This document shows, piece after piece, positions 1 through 9,800 of a DNA stretch of 64,000 nt. Origin of the DNA: Lepidodermella squamata (lineage: Eukaryota > Animalia > Gastrotricha); contig JBLDXI010000002.1 of the NCBI GenBank assembly GCA_047495785.1, positions 992,001 through 1,056,000 on the forward strand. Direction: 5' to 3'. The notes below the pieces were generated by a model. The model saw nothing but the letters and a program-made list of their open reading frames with translations, ran no database searches and was not told the DNA's origin. Each line of letters starts with the position of its first letter. The stretch's first letter is position 1. The position numbers were made by a program, and so were the translations under genes.

Positions 1-580
1 ATATGACTAGGTCGAGGATATTATCACCACGCGTTGGTTTATCAACATATTGGATTAGATTATTTCTCAGAAAGAACTCGGTAAAACATGAGTAAAGTAA
101 TTTGCTAGGATTTTTGAACGTTACCCAGTTGAACTCTGGCAAGTTGAAGTCACCAACCATTACGCAGGGTTCTGTAGTATCGACTTGCTTTTGCAAGTAA
201 CTCACGAGATCACGAATGGATTCCATTGGCGAATTAGGTGACCGATATACGATAACCAACCGTAGCGATGTTCTATCGAGCTGACAAAGACAAGTGACAC
301 ATTCTATATAGCCATCGAAAGAGAAGGTGCTAAGAAGGCGAGGATTGAGAGAGTGATGAATGAAGCCGGCTGACCCTCCACTTTTATGAGCGACTCTATT
401 TTGAGTAAACGAGATGTAGCCAAGGCTTTCTAGCTCATTAGCGCTTTTCTTATCCTCTTTGAAGCCGGATTCTACTACTATGATAACAAGCGGAGGAGCG
501 TCGCCAATTTTCATCAGCAAGTTGTCGATCTTATTGTTAAGAGAATTAGCATTACAATAAAGCACAGTTACGAACGACAT
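1..580 (-). mobile_element. CR1/L2-group LINE ORF2, N-terminal APE endonuclease domain (runs off window start)
   Basis: Manual translation from ATG at 580 is open over the part translated (580 to ~121): MSFVTVLYCNANSLNNK...VVESGF...KSGGSAGFI...VIVYRSPNS...MVGDFNLPEFNW, typical APE endonuclease motifs. Confidence 0.9.
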
Positions 581-619
581 CAGATTGCGAGAAGCATTGC
601 CTGTGGGGGCGCCAATTAC

Positions 620-1312
620 CTATTTGGTGAATAGTTCAGAGAAAGCGAGCGAATTGCATACATTCACGCCTTTGTCGAGAGTATCGAAGAAGTCTTTACC
701 GGACGGAGCTTTGTTTTTCACATGCAGTCCATATTTTCCCCATGAATCATGAAATAGGTAGTCAAAACGAGCAATAAACGCTTCATAACTTGGTGGAACA
801 GGTAGATCATCATTGCACACACCGCCGTTTGCATTACAAACCTGAGCGAAATCAGGAATATTTTTGAGAAGGTGATGGGAAAGTTCAGGAGGCTCTGGTA
901 GAGGCAGCAGCACATCATCCAGTTTATCACAACCACATAGGTAAGCCAAATTACTATCTTTTTGCATCACAATTTTAATTACAGATTTCGACAATTTGGA
1001 ACAGTCCTGATGAATTTCATTATCGCAAAGCCGGCATTTAATTCGAACGTCGCTATTGTTGAATTCCTTTCTGCATTTCCAACACGCATTCTTGATGCAT
1101 CCAACGTAGCCAGATCTATGTTCAAAGTCCTGAATTTTGATAGATGTTTCTCCCGGGTGTAGATTAAGTCGCTCGAGAAAAACGACTGGAGCCATTTTTT
1201 GCCCTAATTTTTCATCAATGACAGGCGGCATTTGGTGCTCGCGTGGAATCTTCTTGACTCTACTAGCGCGTGGCAGCGATTTAGCTTTTTGGCTGCTGTC
1301 ACGCTTCACCAT
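620..1312 (-). mobile_element. LINE ORF1 with PHD finger
   Basis: C4HC3-like motif CWKC...CRLC...HQDC...YLCGC. Lies 40 nt upstream of the APE ORF2 on the same strand. First in-frame ATG at 1312 (ORF track extends to 1510). Confidence 0.8.
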
Positions 1313-1669
1313 GTTGAGTTGTTTACGAGGAGAAAGCACAGAGTCCAAACGTAAGATATTTGAATGAATGAAAACTCGAACGATGGACTTTGACCTCGAC
1401 CAGGTTCGAGCTGCCTCTTGTCGATGCCTGGTTAACTTGGTATGAGCGAGTAGGGAGATGAATACCTTGCCTTTAGGTGAGCTGCAGTCGAAGCCGTATC
1501 CAATCAGCAAATCAGACCCGACGCCAAACAGCGGCTCACAGATGGATTGTGATGAGTGAATCGATTATAAACAGTATTTTAATCGTGCAAGCGCTGTCGA
1601 AACCAGGTGTTAGGAAACCTGGTACGCACTTCACGTCCCCTATCTTAGACACAAATCAAATTCGCAGAT

Positions 1670-2100
1670 CATCCTTTGCTTGTTGCAGAATGTAAACGGA
1701 ATGAGAAGATTGTGAAAAAATTCGCACTGTGAGAAAAGTTGCTTGTTGATTTGAATAGTTTTTCAGCTCCGTGTCGATGCTTCTATAGGCTGGCAGACGA
1801 CTTAATATCGACGTTGGGGATGAAACGTCGCCGCCCGGGTTACCCTATCTCACGTGTTTTCACCGATGGCTTCACTTAAAAATATTCAGCTGTGGTATAT
1901 GAAAACTTTCCATACGCCATTGATCATTTTTTAGTTTGATGTTTAATAACGCTTCTTTATTAGTTGATGTAAAGCTATTAGAAAATAGCTATTAAAAAAT
2001 GAGAAATGAGAAAAGCTATTAGAAATTACTCGAAGCAGTTGAATCAACCAACGTCCTAATCATCAATTGAGCGAGCAATATGGAAGATTTCTCGTCCTCT
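1670..2100 (-). promoter_or_regulatory. Paralogous copy of the peptide-precursor promoter/5' region
   Basis: Aligns by eye with 3130-3520 (e.g. tcgatgcttctataggctggcagacga vs tcgatgcttatataggctggcagacga; ctcacgtgtt...gatggcttcact; ctcgaagcagttga; taatcatcaa.tgagcga). Confidence 0.7.
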
Positions 2101-2619
2101 CATCCTATCATCATCAGAAGATCGTAAGCATTAAGCACAGAATATGGCACAGACAATACAATAAGTAAATCCTACTCCTTTACCAATGGGCCTTCTATAT
2201 TCAAAATATAGATTGTTCATGTCACCATATTCACATGAATCTATGTTTGTCTGATATTTTACGAGTGTATCATTCCTGTCTGAGTTCCGCCAGCATTCTC
2301 CATTGCTGCTGATGAAACAACATCTATACGCGCATAATTCGATTCATGTGGTTCCGTTCCAGCAAATAGCAAGGGCCCGAAGTGAAAAATTGTATCTTTT
2401 ATTGTTCGAACAAAGCATGAAAAGGCGCATTGCAGATAAACTTTGTAGAAATCATAAAAGAACTTAAAGCAAACTTAAAAGCTTGGAAGCATCAATTATA
2501 AAATAAGCGCTAGGTTGTCGCGGCACCGCTATTTGCGGATAATAACGGCGAGCGATTATAAAGTCTGAAGATGAAAGAGGTAAGTTTTATAGGTGTCTGT
2601 TCACGGGTGAGGTATTTAC

Positions 2620-3132
2620 TCAGGCCTCCTGGTAGTTCTCTTCACCGCGTTTGGCCTCCTGGTAGTTCTCTTCACCGCGTTTGGCCTCCTGGTAGTTCTC
2701 TTCACCACGTTTCGCTTCTTGGTAGTTCTCCTCACCACGCTTTGCCTCCTCGTAGGCGGCTTCACCACGCTTTGCCTCCTCGTAGGCGGCTTCACCACGC
2801 TTGGCTTCCTCGTAGGCAGCTTCACCGCGCTTTGCTTCCTCGTAGGCGGCTTCACCGCGCTTTGCCTCCTCGTAGGCGGCTTCACCGCGCTTTGCTTCCC
2901 TGTAGGCAGCTTCACCGCGCTTTGCTTCCTCGTAGGCGGCTTCACCACGCTTTGCTTCCTCGTAGGCGGCTTCACCGCGCTTTGCCTCCTCGTAGGCGGC
3001 TTCACCGCGCTTTGCCTCGAAAAGGGGATTTGCCGCGACTGTTGCGACCTAGGGTATAATAAAATGGTAAGTTTAGTAAAATGCTGGATTTCAGCTGGTT
3101 ACTAATAATGCAGTCAACGCCAGCTTGTACAT
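2620..3132 (-). CDS. Secreted multi-copy peptide (neuropeptide/prohormone-like) precursor, 152 aa
   Basis: Exons 3132-3103 and 3048-2620 with a 54-nt GT-AG phase-0 intron. Product MYKLALTALLVATVAA-NPLFEA-(KR-GEAAY[E/R]EA)x9-(KR-GEENYQEA)x4-stop. TATA-like TATATAAG on the minus strand near 3238-3245. Confidence 0.85.
2623..3012. repeat. 30-nt coding tandem repeat, 13 units, two subtypes
   Basis: Units ttcaccRcgcttRgcYtcctcgtaggcRgc and ttcaccgcgtttggcctcctggtagttctc. Within-subtype variation is mostly synonymous in the KR-GE frame. Confidence 0.95.
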
Positions 3133-3968
3133 CGTTTTTTGCTTGCAGAAAGTCGATCGTAAACCGATGAGAAAATATTCGCAATGTGAGATAATTCTGC
3201 TGTTTGATTCGAATGATTCTCCAGCTCATTATCGATGCTTATATAGGCTGGCAGACGAGTTCATTTCGACATTAGCGTTGAATAATAGCCGCCCAGGGTA
3301 CCTTCTCACGTGTTGTTTTGCTGATGGCTTCACTCCAAAAATGTTCAGCTGCGATGTATGTCAACTTTGCGTTCGCCGTTCGGCACCTTTTTTAGTTTTT
3401 AAAGATTAAACAAAGCTTGTTTATCAGCTGATGAGAAGCTAAAAAAGAAATTTCTCGAAGCAGTTGATTCAACAAAAGCATCTTAATCATCAACTGAGCG
3501 AACAATATTATGGAAGCTTCTTCGTGTTAGCATTGACAATCATGTTAATAATCCTGAATTAAAAAAATTGAAAATTCGATATTCAGCCGGGTACATAACA
3601 TAAAACATAAAATCTCTTATTACCGAGTAAATTACCAATTACCGATAATTACCAAACTAGTTGCCATCGGGTTTTCCGGGTTGTCTTGTAAACTGGTATT
3701 TTTGCTTAAATTATGAATGATGAAAAGCTTTAAAAAGCATCTCCCCACTCTTTTTTCTCGATTCCACCGAAGCTCGATGTTACCTAATTTTTGTTATTCT
3801 ATAATTGGACCATACACTTCTCCAAATATTTTATCGTACCATGCGCTGAAAATCGAAGGAGAGATACCGCATTTTTAAAATAACAAATACTATTGAGTTT
3901 CATTATTCGAGCTTTTATTCTCAAGTAAAAAGGCCTTAAAAAACTGAAAATACAGCTCAACTTTTCAG

Positions 3969-6521
3969 CTAAGCCCCCGAAGCAATCAAGATCCTCTCAG
4001 CCACAGGCTGCTTCATCCGCCTCGCCATACTAAGAGCCGTCTTGCCAGCTTTATTAACCGCGTTCAGATCTGCCCCGGCCGCAATCAAAGCACCTAGCGC
4101 TTTCGTCGCTCGATTTGCGACAGCATTCAGCAATGGGGTGTTACCCTCGGCAACATTTCTAACTCCATTGATATCAGCACCTTTCGCTACAAGTCGATTT
4201 ATTACTTCATCACGGTCTTTACCTGCCGCCTCCCATAACGGCGTAGTACCGTCCTTAGACAACGCATCGACCTTGGCGCCTTGCTCTAAAAGCAAATCGA
4301 CCAGTTTTACATTACCCTCAAAGGCAGCTAGCGTCAACACGGTTTGCTTATTGTCGTCAATAGCGTCGATTTTCGCGCCCTTGTCGATGAGCATCTTCGC
4401 GATTTCAATGCTGTAGGGTGTATCCTGGGCAGCGGCCATGAGTGCAGTTTGCCCGTACTGCTTATCGCGAGAATCTACATCTATTCCGTTATCGAGAAGG
4501 ATTCTGAAACACGTCATCATCTCGTCGTCCATGCTGTAGATAGCTGTGGTTAACGGCAGCTGACCAACGGCTTTCACAACTGTTTCGAGAACTATTTTCT
4601 TGGGGTTGAGAAGTGTCGGCAGTAGGTTGCAGTGTTTCCAAGCAACAGCAAGGGTGATGGCGTCGTAGTCAGACGCGTCTTGAATCGTTGGATCTGCGCC
4701 CTTGCCTAACAAGAAATCAACAGCGGCTTTGTTGTTGCAAAGAACAGCGTGATGAAGGGCGGTTGCATGGAAGAGTTCAGACACGTCACAGGAGGCGATA
4801 CTGTCCGGATGTTTCCAGTTGATTGAGCAGCCTTTTTCCAGAAGTCGTTGCACTACCTCGAGAGCGCCGCTGCCTGCGTTTCTTATCAATTCCCGTTGGT
4901 CTTTTTCTGCCTGTAAAGAAATAAGAGCTTTGATTTGATTAAGGACTATATAACCAGATTTCCCAACTTTTCGAGGTTTAATGGCTTCAGAAACAAATTA
5001 ATCCCAAAACACAGAACAAAAATTGGTACCTATGTCAAAACGTGCGAAAAGCACGATATTAATTGAGTCACTGGAACTTACACACGGTTCTGGAAGTTTT
5101 TCACAAGGCGCGGCGATGCTCCAACTGTTGGTTTTATCCGCAGGCTGAGTTTCGCACGTAACTGAGCCTCCGCCGGTGTAGCCCTCGTTGCATTCAAAAC
5201 TTCTCGTGGCTCCAATTTCATTCGAGCCATGGTGAAAGTAGCCATTTTCGATGTGGGGATCGCGGCACGTTGTTGATGTTGCTATAATTTCGCGAATAAA
5301 ATAAATGAATTAGAAAGCTTGCGTTAACTCACCTTTCGCAACGCAAATACCAGCAAGAACCCAATCTTGAACGGCATCGATATCCTTGCATTCAGCGGAG
5401 TTGCCACCTTCGACTTCGAAGCCATCATGGCAAGAAAAGTGGCGGACTGAATTCAAGTCTTTCGAACCGGCAATAAAGTCACCGTTCTCAATAAATGGAT
5501 CGGAACACTCAGCCCGAATGGGTAACTCATTAGCTACCTTCTCTGCATGCAAAAACTCGTATTAATACGAAAATGCTTTTTCTTTAGGTCGAATTTACCT
5601 TCGCAGTCCGCTAAAGGGTTAATTTTGACCCATTTATCGACCTGACACGTGACTCCAATATGGCCATGGTAACTGATGTAGCCATCTGTACAGTTCCCAG
5701 ATCGAGAAGCCCCGTCGTAAGAGCCACCTTTATTGTAAACAGCATTTGGAAAATTCGGCTCTTCCTTGCATTCGGCTACGAAAATACAGCGTAAAATTGC
5801 GAAGTTCAAGCAACTGTTACTCACTTTTACAGAATCTTCTTTCCGTGAAGTCGATGGACCACGTGCCATCTGAATTGCAAGTTGACGTCATACCATGGCC
5901 GTAGGTGTTGTTGCCATTACGGCATTCAAGCATCATAATCTTGTTCGCGGTGATTGGGCCTTTCAAACGCTGAACCCATTTCCCGCGATTGCCCATGAAT
6001 TTGATGTAGTGCCATCGGTGCTCTTCTGGGTTAAAGTTCGGCTCTGGACATGGTACAAAGGATCTCATCGATACTTCCTAAATTAGAAAAATATACAAAT
6101 AAAATTTCAAGTATGATTCACAGAAGATTACCATGGTATTCACGTCCTCGAAATTTGCATCCCACCGGCCGGTTTCTAAGCACGTGAAATGGCGGATTAA
6201 TTGAGCAGGCTTGTCAGCATCGTAGGAATCTTTCCGCTTGATACTGACAGAGCATTTGGCATTGACGAGTAGAAGGCGCCCATCCGGGTGTCTCAGGTAG
6301 TTTTGGACGCCTGGCTTGGCTGTTTCTTCATCGAACTCTACGATCAAGTCGCTAGAGACAGGTGGAACACGGCATCTTACAACCTTGGTTTCGATAAAAT
6401 CTCATCAACATGAGGTCAATGTGCTGATAAAACATACCTTCAGGTGATATCGTGATTTATCAATCGGGCGCGCATTCAAAACAATGAAACAAGTGAACAA
6501 GTTAAGTATAAGGAACCGCAT
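3969..6521 (-). CDS. Sushi-ankyrin gene A: signal peptide + 5 CCP-like modules + C-terminal ankyrin repeats
   Basis: ATG 6521 MRFLILNLFTCFIVLNA. Exons 6521-6438, 6383-6132, 6077-~5825, ~5776-5600, ~5544-5333, ~5282-5082, and ankyrin exon 4910-3969. Phase-compatible GT-AG introns. CCP pattern C-P-NG...C..GY...C...W...C. Confidence 0.85.
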
Positions 6522-6861
6522 CCTAAAGAGAGATTTACTTAGGAAAGGCGAACACAAGAAGGGAGGTCTTAATTTTATTTTACAGTGTAAATTTTAAAAT
6601 TAAAAAGATTATCCACATGAAATAACTCTGAGACTAATTTTGGTCTGAAAGCACAGAAATCAATGATTGATGAACATGTGGCGAAAATTATGTAAATTGG
6701 AATTGAGAACAACGCTACACAAGGTGACACGTTCATCTTGGTGAAGGGTGCCATAAGTCCAACACAGTGAGTAATGATAACTTTGATAATAACGCTAAGT
6801 AATATAGCTTTAGAATAAGACTAAACGAGCCGCGCATTTGTTTCAACGATAGAACGCCATC

Positions 6862-9800
6862 TTAACATTCTTCGTTCAAATCGACACCATGATCGAGAAG
6901 CATTTTGAGAAATTGCCTGCGTCTAGCTTTGATCGCAACTCTAGCCGCCGTCTCTCCACGGCCATTTCTGACAGACAAAGCTGCCCCATTTCGCAGCAAA
7001 ATATCGCCAATTGCAATGCCATCGATTCGAGCAGCTAGCGTTAAAGGCGTATCTAAACCGAACTCAACAGGGTTGAGGTCTGGGATTGAATCGAAACGCA
7101 TATTCAATTTCCTAGACACTGTAGTTCCGTTCAAATAAATTTCCACCATCTGCGAATCATTTGCGAGAATTGCGACATATAAGCCACGTTGAACAGTTAT
7201 CGCCGAAAGCGGCTGGTTCAACATGAGCTTCACAGTTGGATGTTTGCGATACTTGGTCGCTAGGGCCAGAGCTGAGATTCCATTTTCATGCTTCGGAATG
7301 TATTCAATGACTTCTTTATCCATGGTTAGAAGCTTCATAATATCAGGATCAGCACCGGTATAGATTGCCAACTGAAGCGCATCCGTGTCATCTTGAGCCC
7401 GGACGTCGATTCTAGCGCCTTTGTCTAGGAGAAATTGAACAACTTGACTCGTCGAATTTTGGCACGAAATTGCTCTAATCAGGGCGGTTTGGTTGATTCC
7501 GTGTAGGAAACAGTCCTTCGCGTACATTGGGTTTTGCCAGTTTATATCAAGGCCGTGCTTTACGAACAAGTTTTCGGCCTCAGTCAAATTATGGGCTACA
7601 ATCGCTTCGAAAAAATCCATTTCCGCATCGCCTAGGAAAAGAGAAAAGCTAATTTCATCAAAGCTAAATTTGTATTAAAAATTAACGAATTGGAAAAACG
7701 TTATTGAAAAAATTAACATTTAATAATATATTTGAAATTAAAATTCAAAATTATTAAAATTAATTTAATTTTTTTTGAAAAATCCTAGAAACAGGCGAAT
7801 ACCATAGTCTTACAGAAATTAAGCTTGGAAATAATTCATACTGATACTGATACTGTTTATTTTGCATTTTGTTTTACAACATTTAGCAATTTGGAATTAA
7901 CAATATGTTAGGTTATGGCGCCTCACCACAGAAATTGTGAATTTATCCAGGTCGGCAGTATATTTAATATATTTCAAGGGATTATACCCACTTGCGCATT
8001 ACCACTTGCGCATTCCCCTTTGCGCACGAAATTTCCCACTTGCGCATTCCCCTTTGCGCACGAGTAAATAATAATAATAATAAATAATAATGTAACAATA
8101 AGCGACTTATGTTCATCGCGCGCACGCGTCCATGCTAAGTCACCATGTTAACACGTGTACTGTTCGTATATGTGACACCTGCTTAATCCGGTTGGCGCGA
8201 ATTAAATTAACAGACTTAGCAGCACTGAAGTGTCATTACAGTTACGAATTATTGCTTACCTACATCCACCTTAATTCGCTCTAAGTCATGGATGAGAATT
8301 GCGAGCCTCCTCAAAAAAGAGGTAGAGGGCGACCTAAAGGTAGTAAGAACAAGACTACTGAAGCACCCGCGCCCCCAGTGTTACCGAGCGCTGTTGCTCA
8401 TCGAACTCGAAGAGCCAAGCCGACGGCGCCGCCGCCGCCGCCGCCGCTGCCGCCTGCTAATAGAACGTCACCCGCTTCATCGACGCCGCTTCAGGCCAGA
8501 ACTCTGTTCGCAATGCAACTCGACCCGTATCGCTCTAGCCCCCTTGGTGTCTCGCCGTTCCCCACGCTGGCTCAGCTGGCACCCTCTACACTTCCTCTGC
8601 CGCTTCCTGTGACACCGCTGCTAACCGAAGCTAATCCGCCTCAAGAGCCGGCTGCGGTAAATCCTGTGGTAAATCCGTTTGACCTGGATGTGCTGTCACC
8701 CAACAGCCGCGTTACACACCTGTTGCAGCTGCTGGAGACTGAGAAGAAGAAAAGCCTCGAGCTGCAAAAGCGACTGGAAAACCAGGCGACCGCGTCACAG
8801 TTCGCGGCTGAATGCAGCCTCGTCGTAGAAGAGGTGAAAGAGTGGGAGGAATGGGAGACGACAAAGCTGAAACCGGTACGATGTGCCGGTGGATACGAGT
8901 ATCGGCTGGAAATGCGCGATGATCGCGAGTTATGGCGCTGCCGTTATGACAAGCGGTGTAACGGCCGGGCAATTTTCGACGAAGAAACCGGAAAGTACAC
9001 CTTGAAAAGTACGAATAATCGACTTTAATTAAAGCTTGTAAAAATAGTTGTTCTGTTTGATAGCCCTCGAAGGATGGCACAATAAAATCAATCGCCTCGC
9101 CCATAATCTGCACTTGTCGTTCTGGGCTTTCATCGAGCTGATTCTTGGCGAGGAAACAGATGCTCGTGGCAAGCTGCTACAACAAATTTCGGGTGAAGAT
9201 CTTGCTTGCCCAAAGAAGAAGTATGAACATGTCAACAAAAATTTGGCAAAATTAGCGACCAAGTTGCTGGAAAAGAAGCTCACTGTTATTGAATACTTAG
9301 ATGGCGCTGCCATTAACCTAGCTTCATTCAACACTATTTACTAAATAAACTCATAATAATAGTGTGTGCGCTTTATTATTAATAATTTGGCTGTGCGCAA
9401 AGGGGAATGCGCAACTGGGACTACTTACCCTATCTGCTCGTGCGCAAAGGGGAATGCGCAAGTGGTAATGCGCAAGTGGGAATACACCATTTCAAGAATG
9501 AGGGATACGAATTATTATCACCCCTCTGAAATTATTTATGCCTTGGTCCTAAAATCAGTCGGCCACTGTGTTGACCATTGTTCGGATTAAAATCAGACCG
9601 GCGGATTTTATGAGCGAGCCGCCGGTCTGATTTGTCTTAACTCGAACGAAGGTCAACTCAGTAGCCGTCAGATGGCAGAGCAAAAATTAAGACAACCCAA
9701 AAAGAGACAGGACAAAAAAATAGGTTAAGGAAAAAATGGCGAAAAAGGCGAAAATACAACAAATTCCTGGCTTAGGTAAAGGTAAAATGCCACGTTGAAA

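Noticed and set aside
2616-3005. Protamine/histone H1-like KPPTRRQSAV repeat ORF
   Set aside because: Alternative frame of the 30-nt repeat. It has no ATG start, and repeat variants are synonymous in the KR-GEAAYEEA frame but not in this one.
2623-3012. CRISPR-like array
   Set aside because: Head-to-tail repeats with no unique spacers, in a eukaryotic context with no cas genes.
2571-3105. Plus-strand Arg/His-rich and hydrophobic TALCFLVGGF repeat ORFs
   Set aside because: Antisense shadows of the peptide precursor repeat.
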